NCBI GenBank assembly: GCA_018821925.1
Contig: JAHJLF010000053.1
Location: forward strand, 495 to 64,494
Origin: Candidatus Edwardsbacteria bacterium
Lineage (GTDB): Bacteria; Edwardsbacteria; AC1; EtOH8
Direction of reading: 5' to 3'
DNA length: 64,000 nt
The position numbers were made by a program, and so were the translations under genes. A model generated the notes under the pieces. The model was given only the letters and a program-made list of their open reading frames with translations, searched no databases and was not told the DNA's origin. Positions within the stretch are counted from its first letter, which is position 1. Every line of letters starts with the position of its first letter. Positions 9,826 to 17,013 of the stretch are shown piece after piece.

Positions 9826-10152
9826 TTATTTAGGTAAGAGCTTGTTTATAATGGCATCTATCAGCTTGTTCAAAACAAATACCCCTATCCCGGTGATAAG
9901 CTTATCCATTTTCCTCCGCTTGAAAATGCTTTGGGTATTAACCCATTGTTTCATCTCAAACTGGAGATTCTCCACGGTTTTCCTGTACTCATCCGGTATC
10001 ATCTCGCCGGAGGCAAATTGGGCGGTATATAACTTAAGCCTGGCAGCGTACTCTTCCCCTTTGTCTTTAAGCACCGCCGGGCATTGCTTCAGCATATCTT
10101 CGAATTCCCGGTATTCGGGGATCTGTTTCAGGTTATCGCCTGCTCCGTTCAT
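9826..10152 (-). CDS. Hypothetical helical protein
   Basis: 108-aa ORF 18 nt downstream of the lipoprotein gene, SD-like aagga. Confidence 0.65.
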   Translation of the reverse strand: MNGAGDNLKQIPEYREFEDMLKQCPAVLKDKGEEYAARLKLYTAQFASGEMIPDEYRKTVENLQFEMKQWVNTQSIFKRRKMDKLITGIGVFVLNKLIDAIINKLLPK

Positions 10153-10170
10153 CTTTGCATCCTTTCAGTT

Positions 10171-10608
10171 TTATGGATTGACCGGCGAGCCTTTTCGGGC
10201 CCTCTCGCCGTTGATGGCGGCATCATAATCGTTATACACCTGCTCCTTGATGTTGTTTACAAATGCCGGAGAAAGTGGGTACCGGGCGGTCTCCAGATCC
10301 TTGATATTCTTATCGTAGTGATCCTTAATCGTTCGGAATGCATTTTTACGCATATCGTCATTGTCAAGCAAGCCGTTCTGATGGTTCATTGCTCCCCGGT
10401 AGATATCCTGCCATACTGTCTGTTTGTTATCAAAACCGCCGGCATCCAGCACCTGCATGGTGGCGCAGGTGTCTATAACCGTAATGTGGGCCTGCTTTAA
10501 ATTTTCCAGGTGCTGGACAGTGGCGGCATCGTATGGCGCCAGCTTGCACCCGCCGATCAGCAAAAATAGCGAGATCGTCAAAGTGATAAAAGTTATTTTC
10601 CTGAACAT
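10171..10608 (-). CDS. Hypothetical lipoprotein
   Basis: Signal peptide with lipobox 'IGGC'; SD aggag. Confidence 0.75.
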   Translation of the reverse strand: MFRKITFITLTISLFLLIGGCKLAPYDAATVQHLENLKQAHITVIDTCATMQVLDAGGFDNKQTVWQDIYRGAMNHQNGLLDNDDMRKNAFRTIKDHYDKNIKDLETARYPLSPAFVNNIKEQVYNDYDAAINGERARKGSPVNP

Positions 10609-10740
10609 TCCCCGCTCCTTTTTGTTTTAGTTTTATCGTTTTCCCAGCCGCCCCAAAGTCGCCTTGTTTCCCATTCACCGCCATCGCCACCATTTTCGCG
10701 TATTTCGCGGGCAACCACCCCTAACCCCTTGCAATACAAC

Positions 10741-11013
10741 CTTTTTCCCTTTGGAAATCTCCGGTTTTTCCTAAGAAATCTCCGATATTTCCCGCCGGAT
10801 CGGGTCCCTTTCCTTTCCCTTCCGCCCCATTTCTTGGGAAAAATACCTTTTTACCCCGGAAATGCACCCCATTACCCGAGGGACCGGCTCCCTCACCTGG
10901 GAAAAATGCCCCATCCCATTTACCGCCGGGCGTTTTACCCCTTCCGGCAGTTCTTTGGCCATGGCCAGGGGATCCCTGTCCTTTGGGAGGAAGCCGGTTT
11001 CCTTTACTTTTTA
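10741..11013. repeat. Degenerate 21-bp-period array (13 units)
   Basis: Cut every 21 nt from 10741, all 13 units have T at position 6 and C at position 9, and 10 of 13 also have C at position 10. Confidence 0.8.
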
Positions 11014-11376
11014 GGCTCTGACCGTCCGTTTGCCGCGGGCCTTTTCGTTGACCATCTGGCCCCTGAGCTGTTTTATCCTTAAGGCCAGCGGGGCGTTCTT
11101 GCCTATCACCCCCACCATGGCGTCGGCCAGGGACGAAGCCTGCACATAGGCGGCATCCAGCGACTTGGTGGCTTTGTCGGTGGCCTTGACCAGTTCGGCC
11201 TTTAGGGCCTCCTGCTTCATGTCGTCCTCCACCGAGGTTTTGAGGGCCGCGTTCATGGCGGTCAGCTTGACGCTGGGATCGAATCCCGAGGCCTTCAGGC
11301 CGGCCAGGTTGTCCTTCAGCATCTGGGCCATCATCTGAACGAAGGCCGATTTCTGGGCGTAGGTTAAACCAGGCAT
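11011..11376 (-). CDS. Small all-helical (coiled-coil) hypothetical protein with basic C-terminal tail
   Basis: 121 aa, strong SD aaggag, host-like codon usage, Ala/Lys/Met-rich, ends in KARGKRTVRA. Confidence 0.8.
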   Translation of the reverse strand: MPGLTYAQKSAFVQMMAQMLKDNLAGLKASGFDPSVKLTAMNAALKTSVEDDMKQEALKAELVKATDKATKSLDAAYVQASSLADAMVGVIGKNAPLALRIKQLRGQMVNEKARGKRTVRA

Positions 11377-11504
11377 AGGTCTCCTTTTGTTGGGTTGTTA
11401 TTTATTCCGGGCGCCGCCCGGGTTGTTTGCATCGCGGATACGACACGGCGTCAGTTTAAAGGCATGGGGCAGGTGTTACAAAAGAAAGGCAACGGTGTCT
11501 TTAG

Positions 11505-11660
11505 GTCCTGGTTTCCCTCTTCCGAGGGAATGACATGGCGGGTTTATTGGTATGTCCCGGGCGAAAGACCTTTCGCCCCTACGTTATTCCCCCTCCCGGA
11601 ACCTGTCCTGAGGTATGCATATATGTGTCTGTCGAAGGATTGGAGGGGGTCAGGGGGAGG
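11505..11660. repeat. Cluster of REP-like palindromes including a GTAG-type REP
   Basis: gggcgaaagacctttcgcccctac (11559-11582; reverse complement GTAGGGGCGAAAGGTCTTTCGCCC), a 'gggaatgaca' end, and cccctcc...ggagggg arms enclosing cctgtcctgag...gtcgaagga. Confidence 0.6.
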
Positions 11661-11664
11661 TCAG

Positions 11665-11982
11665 TCAAAAACACAAATGTAAAACCTCGCCGCACTTGGG
11701 ACAGGTGGGCTTATCGGCTATTTTATCGGAGACCATATACCCCAGCCCGGTGCCGGCCACCAGGCCCATCACGGAAAACGGCACGGCGGCCGGCAGGCCG
11801 CCTCCCCGGGAGGCGATCCCCAGGGATAAACCGGCCAGGCCCCCGGCTATCCCCAAAACCAGGGCGCTACCGGTGGTTATGATGGTGCGCCCCTTATAGC
11901 TCCGATAGGCAAAAACATTGGTGCGGCAATGCGGGCATATTATCTGGGCCATATTTTTCATCATGATCTTCCCTTCAGTCAT
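11665..11982 (-). CDS. Hypothetical membrane protein with split zinc ribbon (CxxC...CxxC) around two Gly-rich TM helices
   Basis: CPHC, then Gly-zipper hydrophobic segments, then CPKC. Confidence 0.65.
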   Translation of the reverse strand: MTEGKIMMKNMAQIICPHCRTNVFAYRSYKGRTIITTGSALVLGIAGGLAGLSLGIASRGGGLPAAVPFSVMGLVAGTGLGYMVSDKIADKPTCPKCGEVLHLCF

Positions 11983-12227
11983 TTTATATATTTTATGAAA
12001 TTAAAATCAATATCACCCCGTTCCCCGCCTTCGGCAATTTTGCCGTACCAAACATAAGCCGGTCGTTTTGGCTGTGCCAAAATGATCGGCCGGGGTATGG
12101 CTTGCCCACCTAGATAAGCACCCTGCTAATGGCGGGGGGCGGTTGGCGGCATCGGACATCGGATAAAAAGACATGCCGCAAATAATGGATCCTATCACCA
12201 TGTTTTCTTTTCTATCAACATTAGCTG

Positions 12228-12430
12228 GAGCGCCCCCAGGACTTCTCTTTGTTACTTTCTCTTGGTCACAAGAGAAAGTAAGGCAAGAAGCTTATCACCT
12301 GTCTGTTCTTTTTCTTTTTTGTGCCGCACCTCTCCCCTACCCCTCTCCTAAAGCATTAGGAGAGGGAAGGGTGAGGTCAAGAGAAAGTAAGTCAGGGTGC
12401 CCTGGATTCCCGATCAGGTCGGGAATGACA
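12228..12430. repeat. Nested REP-like mosaic
   Basis: Palindrome ttactttctcttg-gtca-caagagaaagtaa; 52-nt module 12327-12378 identical to 56994-57045; ctggattcccgatcaggtcgggaatgaca at 12402-12430. Confidence 0.7.
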
Positions 12431-12507
12431 GTATAGCCGGGCATTACAGCCAAGGGCGGGGTTGACCCCCGCCCCTGCGATATTCTCCTATCGGCCTTTA
12501 TGAGTGA

Positions 12508-13113
12508 TCACCTGGCGTATTCGCTCTGGCCGGCGAAGCCCTCCATCCGCATCAGGCCCTGCGCCTTTTCCAGCCGGCGCTGCAGATCGGCGGTCTGGCT
12601 TCTCATATCATCCAACCGCAGATCCCGGGCCCGCAGTTTTTTCAGGATATAATCCAGGTTCTGGTAATGGAAATAGTTTTTCAGGTAGTGGCCCATGTTT
12701 AGGTCGTTTACCAAGCTGTCGAACAGGGCAAAGCCGGGCTCCCTCCGGCCATCGTCGCTTAAATTCCTCCAGATATCCCTCTTGGTCTGGCCCCGGCAGC
12801 AGTAGAGGATCCACCGCTCCAGATACAATTCCCGGGCCAGGGCCAGGGCGTCGTTCCGAGCCTTATGCAGCTGGCCCTCCACGATAGCCAGCTCGCTGAA
12901 GATGTTTATCGGCGCCCAGAGATAGGCCTCGTTGAGGCCCCGGTCGGTCTCCTCGAGGAACGAACTGAGCTGATAGCGCTGTTTGCACTGATTGCAGTTC
13001 ATCTCCCAGTGTTCGTCAAAGGGCCCATTATCGTCGTGATAGAGGTTGACCGTGAAATAGCTCTTGCCGCAGGGGCATTTGTACTTTTGCATTTGATTGC
13101 CTGAAAACGCCAT
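12508..13113 (-). CDS. Hypothetical protein with N-terminal zinc ribbon (start revised to MAFSGNQ)
   Basis: SD ggagg precedes ATG 13113; CPCG...CNQC. The longer ORF-track start runs through a heptamer repeat array. Confidence 0.7.
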   Translation of the reverse strand: MAFSGNQMQKYKCPCGKSYFTVNLYHDDNGPFDEHWEMNCNQCKQRYQLSSFLEETDRGLNEAYLWAPINIFSELAIVEGQLHKARNDALALARELYLERWILYCCRGQTKRDIWRNLSDDGRREPGFALFDSLVNDLNMGHYLKNYFHYQNLDYILKKLRARDLRLDDMRSQTADLQRRLEKAQGLMRMEGFAGQSEYAR

Positions 13114-13148
13114 GCTGAAGCCTCCATTATTTATTGATGCTTGCCGTG

Positions 13149-13379
13149 CTGATCCCTGTTCTCTGTCTCCTGTCCCCTGACATCTGTCATCTATTCCCTC
13201 TGATCTGTTCCCTGTCCCCTGACATCTGTCATCTATTCCCTTTGATCTGTCCACTGTCCACTGTCCCCTGACATCTGTCATCTATTCCCTCTGATCTGTT
13301 CCCTGTCCCCTGACATCTGTCATCTATTCCCTCTGATCTGTCCACTGTCCACTGTCCACTGCCCCCTGTCCCCTGTTCC
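13149..13379. repeat. Tandem heptamer array (33 units, mostly CTG-initiated) with 42/49-nt higher-order repeats
   Basis: ctgtccc-ctgacat-ctgtcat-ctattcc-ct(c/t)tgat-ctgt(tcc/cca) occurs four times, at 13170, 13212, 13261 and 13303. Confidence 0.9.
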
Positions 13380-13383
13380 CTGG

Positions 13384-13665
13384 CTACAGCTTGGTCTCCC
13401 CGTTCTGCTCCAGATCGTACAGGGCCCTGAGGCCGTAATAGAAGCGCTCCCGCTCCAGAGCCTTCTCCCATTCCCTTAGCAGGGGGACCGCGTCTAAGCT
13501 TTTTTCCTTGAGTTTGGCGCCCAGCTCTGCCTGTTTTTTCTTCCGGGTGTCCTGGGCCGATTTGACCCAGGCATAGGGAACCGCCTTGCCTTTGCCGCGG
13601 AGCATCAGATAGGCTTCTGAGGCGTTCCCCCCGGTGGTTTCAAAAAGACCCGGCTTGCCGTTCAT
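13384..13665 (-). CDS. Hypothetical protein
   Basis: 93-aa ORF with SD aagga, co-oriented with the HNH paralog. Confidence 0.65.
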   Translation of the reverse strand: MNGKPGLFETTGGNASEAYLMLRGKGKAVPYAWVKSAQDTRKKKQAELGAKLKEKSLDAVPLLREWEKALERERFYYGLRALYDLEQNGETKL

Positions 13666-13686
13666 TTTGATCCTTTCTGATTTTGG

Positions 13687-13983
13687 TTAAATGGTTTGGT
13701 TGACCATCAGGACATTTCCGCCCGGCTGGATCCGGTGGTGGCACTCCCGGCAGATGATGTCGCAATTGGCGGCCACGTCGATTATTCCATTGACTAACTT
13801 TACCCGGTGATGCCCCAGCCAGCCCTCCGCCTCATGCAGCTGGCCGTGCTTCTCCCAGTGAAGATCGCGGCAGCAGGGAACCTTCTCCCCGCCAATGATC
13901 CTGGTTGACTCGCATTTTCCCCCGGCCCGTTGCCAAGCCTGCTTAAGGGTTTGTTCCGAAAATAGCATGCCTTTTCCTTTCAA
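13687..13983 (-). CDS. Small HNH-family protein, divergent paralog of 9495-9746 (likely start at MLFSEQ)
   Basis: 'FSEQTLKQAWQRAGGKCES...WLGHH...NCDIICRECH' aligns with 'FSEETVKEAWERAGGKCEC...WEAHH...NCEILCWNCH'. Confidence 0.75.
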   Translation of the reverse strand: MKGKGMLFSEQTLKQAWQRAGGKCESTRIIGGEKVPCCRDLHWEKHGQLHEAEGWLGHHRVKLVNGIIDVAANCDIICRECHHRIQPGGNVLMVNQTI

Positions 13984-14350
13984 GTATGTTTTGTTTCTTT
14001 TTTAAAATCATTTCCCCACACTTGGGGAAGAACCGAGGCGGCAAAAGGACCTGCACTAGATTTGCTTTTGTTTTTCTATAAATTAGGCTGGGAGGCAGAT
14101 TTACGCTGATATCCGCAGATACCCTCTTTGTTCATTATTATAAATCTTTAAACCAAAGTTTACTAACGACCAAAAGCGTCCGGTTTCTTGGCTTTTTTGG
14201 GTTTCTGAAATTCATAACTTCGGGTTTGTTTTGAGCTTCGATATTCGTATTTTGGATTTGCCAACCGTCAGTAAATCATTAAAATCTGCGTTTATCTGCA
14301 TCCAAAGATTGAAATTCCTGTACATAAATGTGACGGGTGCAATCATCCCG

Positions 14351-15595
14351 TCAGAACCTGTAGATGGGCTCCCGGTCCAGCTTGTCCACCTGGTCGATGG
14401 TGAATTTGGGCAGCTGCTCTATGTCCGTCAGCTTGAACTCGGTCCGCACGGTCTTGATTACCCTTCCTGTCAGGAATGATATCACCAGGTCCTGGATCAG
14501 GTCGTAGGCGCAGAACGAGGCGTGAAACCCGGCGATCTTTCCCAGGTCCAGCTCCCAATCGCCCAGCTTCTTCTTGGTAACACAGACCTGGTAGATGCCC
14601 TCACAATAGGTGCTGACCGCCGGCACCACGCCGTCGCCGATGGGATCGCAGCGGTCGTCCCGGGGGAAATTGTAATCCACCGGGTTGCGGCTGCCGACAT
14701 TCACCGACCGCAGGGTCCTCTCCCCCTTGCCGTAGACCATCAAAACATTTTTTTGAAATTCCGGGGAGAAATCCCGGGCGTTGCGGTAATAACTGTAGCT
14801 ATTGCCCAGGTGACGGGCCAGCGCCTCTGGTCCTATCTGGGCGGCCACATTGTCCTGCCATCTGGAGGGATCGAAGATGTTTACCGGCTCGCCCTTTCTC
14901 TCCACCGCCGGGCTGGGCCACAGCAAGCTCTCCTCCGGGTTGCCGAAGCCGTCGTAGGGCAGCAGATCGTATACCCCAGGCAGGGTCCGGGCAACCCGCC
15001 TCTTGCCCTTGCGGGTGAACCAGTCGAAGAACCAGGCCTCGCCCATTATCAGGTGCTTCAGGGCATATAACGAACCCCGCAGCGGCGAGGCCAGCATCAC
15101 CAGTCGGTTTATCCGGCTCTCGCCCAACAGGACCGTGGCGTAATGCTTGGCCAGGCATCCGCCCATGCTGTGGCCCACTATATTTACCTTATCCACCTTG
15201 AGCCCCCGTCTTTGGTAGATGGTATGGGCATTGCTTTTGCTGATGATCAGCTCGACAAAATCCGCCAGTTTGGCGGCGTTATGACTGATGGAGTGCCTCC
15301 AGTCGTAAGGAAACACATAGGTCCTGGCATATCCCTCCCGGTCCAGGGGCAGGCTCTCCCGCAGTTCGGCTATCATCTCGCCGTACAGCAGGGAGATCAC
15401 CTTGTTCTGGTATGCCGGCCGGTCTATCTGGCGGTCGCATCCGCCGTCATCGTCCGGCATCACCGGATCGTGATCGGTCGTCATCTTGTCGAGGGCCGGA
15501 TTGCAGGCCGCCTGGTATTCCAGCCGATGGTGGCCGGACTGGGCGGTCCCCAGGATCCCCGGAACGAAAATTATGGGATAGATATTCTGTTCCAT
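14351..15595 (-). CDS. Alpha/beta hydrolase, LCAT/PGAP1-like lipase/acyltransferase
   Basis: 'IIFVPGILGT', 'FPYDWR', nucleophile elbow GHSMGG, 'GDGVVP', distal His. Confidence 0.85.
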   Translation of the reverse strand: MEQNIYPIIFVPGILGTAQSGHHRLEYQAACNPALDKMTTDHDPVMPDDDGGCDRQIDRPAYQNKVISLLYGEMIAELRESLPLDREGYARTYVFPYDWRHSISHNAAKLADFVELIISKSNAHTIYQRRGLKVDKVNIVGHSMGGCLAKHYATVLLGESRINRLVMLASPLRGSLYALKHLIMGEAWFFDWFTRKGKRRVARTLPGVYDLLPYDGFGNPEESLLWPSPAVERKGEPVNIFDPSRWQDNVAAQIGPEALARHLGNSYSYYRNARDFSPEFQKNVLMVYGKGERTLRSVNVGSRNPVDYNFPRDDRCDPIGDGVVPAVSTYCEGIYQVCVTKKKLGDWELDLGKIAGFHASFCAYDLIQDLVISFLTGRVIKTVRTEFKLTDIEQLPKFTIDQVDKLDREPIYRF

Positions 15596-15617
15596 ATTAT
15601 CTTACCTTTTAAAAGAC

Positions 15618-15833
15618 TCACAGGTCGCCGGAGTTATCCTTGAACAGGCAGTACTTATGTTTGTGGTGGATCTTTTTATAGGGACAATCGCGGGAATCAC
15701 AGCAGAGGAATTTATGATCCTGATCAAAAAGTTCATATTGCCCGGCCGGGAACCGATGGCTTAGCCCGCAGACAGGATCTGCCATACGATCCGGATCCTC
15801 CATGTCTTTATTTTCATCTTTCAAAGATGTCAT
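15618..15833 (-). CDS. Small Cys/His-rich protein, possible YHS/TRASH-like metal-binding domain
   Basis: 'DPVCG...FLCCDSRDC' resembles the YHS/TRASH pattern DPVCG...FCS..C. Confidence 0.45.
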   Translation of the reverse strand: MTSLKDENKDMEDPDRMADPVCGLSHRFPAGQYELFDQDHKFLCCDSRDCPYKKIHHKHKYCLFKDNSGDL

Positions 15834-16230
15834 TTACCTTTTTTATCAAGGTTGTCATCCGGTAGGGCTTTTGCAGGAACAGTATGTCATCGCTCAATTC
15901 GCAATCCTCCTCCAGGCTTCCGGAAACGATTATCCCTTGCAGCCCAGATTTCCTTTTTTTGAATTTCTTATAAAGCTCCAAGCCGGTGGCGCCGGGGAGG
16001 ATCATATCGGCCAGCAGCAGATCAATTTCAACCCAATGCGCCATGAACAGGCGTTCCGCCACAAAGGCATCTCCAGCCGGCAAGACCTTATAGCCAGCGG
16101 AAATCAGCATTTGCGTCTCTATTTCTCTTACCGAAACCTCGTCCTCGACCAATAAAATAGTCCGGCCCCCGGCAGGCGCGCTTTTCAAATCGGGGGATGT
16201 TTCGGACATTCTTTCGTTCCGACAATTCAA
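15814..16230 (-). CDS. Single-domain response regulator receiver protein
   Basis: 'ILLVEDE', 'LLLADMILPG', 'SG', 'FLQKP'. Confidence 0.85.
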   Translation of the reverse strand: MNCRNERMSETSPDLKSAPAGGRTILLVEDEVSVREIETQMLISAGYKVLPAGDAFVAERLFMAHWVEIDLLLADMILPGATGLELYKKFKKRKSGLQGIIVSGSLEEDCELSDDILFLQKPYRMTTLIKKVNDIFER

Positions 16231-16243
16231 AACTTGATTTTTG

Positions 16244-16432
16244 CTAATATGCCCGGGCTTCCATCCGCTCGGCCAGGACCATGGAATTCTGGTATAAAAT
16301 CATTCTTTTGGGCTGATCGATCTTGCCCAAGGCATTGATTATGATTTTATCCTTATCATGGGCCAGCACTTTACCGTAATACTCCTGCCCGTTATTGAGC
16401 AGAAAGTGATATACGTGGATCTTATCGAACAT
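16244..16432 (-). CDS. Hfq/LSm-like small protein
   Basis: 62 aa, 'FLLNNGQEYYGKVLAHDKDKIII...MILYQNSM' parallels the Hfq Sm1 (YLVNG..L.G....FD...ILL) and Sm2 (MVYKHAI) motifs; SD aaggag. Confidence 0.55.
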   Translation of the reverse strand: MFDKIHVYHFLLNNGQEYYGKVLAHDKDKIIINALGKIDQPKRMILYQNSMVLAERMEARAY

Positions 16433-16454
16433 GCCCTCTCCTTATAATAAACAG

Positions 16455-16490
16455 ATGAAAAACAAACCGAAGCCGGATGAATCATCCGGC
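16455..16490 (-). terminator. Probable intrinsic terminator after the peptide gene
   Basis: Hairpin GCCGGATGA-T-TCATCCGGC (16472-16490) followed on the minus strand by ttcggtttgtttttc. Confidence 0.55.
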
Positions 16491-16532
16491 CCGGCGATTG
16501 CAATTGACTTTTCATGATCGAAGATATTTTAC

Positions 16533-16679
16533 TTATGGTTCTATGGGAGGAAGCGGCGGTAGTGGATTGGTCCCCGTGGTGGTTGGGGGGGGCGGGTCGT
16601 CATCGGCAACTAAATTTGCTACACCGATCGCCGAGATCAGCACTACTGCCAGTAAAATAGAACTTAGAAACTTTTTCAT
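16533..16679 (-). CDS. Unannotated 48-aa secreted Pro/Thr-rich peptide
   Basis: MKKFLSSILLAVVLISAIGVANLVA-DDDPPPPTTTGTNPLPPLPPIEP*. Classic Sec signal peptide, SD ggag 5 nt before the ATG, with its own putative promoter and terminator. Confidence 0.8.
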   Translation of the reverse strand: MKKFLSSILLAVVLISAIGVANLVADDDPPPPTTTGTNPLPPLPPIEP

Positions 16680-16730
16680 TATTACTCCAAAAATTATTGA
16701 TTTTCGATTGCTTGTTCATATATTAATACT

Positions 16731-16748
16731 CTCATTATCCGTGCCAAA
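16731..16748 (-). promoter_or_regulatory. Putative sigma54 (-24/-12) promoter
   Basis: TTTGGCACGGATAATGAG: consensus -24 TGGCACG and a variant -12 (GG-N10-GA rather than GC). IHF-like GATCAATAAATTA at 16766-16778. Confidence 0.6.
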
Positions 16749-16830
16749 CAAAAGATTCTTCTCCGGATCAATAAATTATATTGCCCTGCAACGAGTTATG
16801 GTTTATCAAAAGAGGCTTGGTTTCAACAAT

Positions 16831-16958
16831 AAAAAAAGCCAGTGAGACATAATGTCTCACTGGCGCATGATATAAGGTTCGATTATTTAGTTAAACCACT
16901 GTTTTTCAGTATGTTATTTAATGTGTGTCATTATGGCACACTTCAGTCCAATGTCACA
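16831..16958. promoter_or_regulatory. Putative bEBP enhancer sites; the first also has terminator geometry
   Basis: Perfect palindrome GCCAGTGAGACAT-A-ATGTCTCACTGGC (16838-16864) followed by T7 on the minus strand. Related site TGTGTCA-TTA-TGGCACA (16924-16940) and half-site TGTCACA (~16952-16958). Confidence 0.55.
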
Positions 16959-17013
16959 GTTTTATTTTAATTCCCAGGTCAGTCCCGAGTGCCGGGTCAA
17001 TTTATAATTCCAG

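Noticed and set aside
10729-11082. ORFs 10729-11082 (+) and 10771-10962 (-) as 7-aa-repeat proteins
   Set aside because: No clear SD, implausible composition, the + ORF is antisense to a real gene, and the - frame is stopped within the array; better explained by the 21-bp DNA periodicity.
12013-12230. Sigma54 promoter or riboswitch upstream of the zinc-ribbon gene
   Set aside because: TGGCAC is present on the minus strand but there is no -12 element at the right spacing, and no recognisable aptamer.
13149-13379. Possible CRISPR array
   Set aside because: No unique spacers; it is entirely heptamer units, and no cas genes are in the window.
12508-13471. ORF-track proteins with GIDDRCQGT repeats (N-terminus of 12508-13281 and 13229-13471)
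   Set aside because: These are translations of the heptamer array; a good SD and ATG exist at 13113.
16477-16845. 122-aa plus-strand ORF
   Set aside because: Antisense to the peptide gene and its promoter, which have the SD, signal peptide and terminator.
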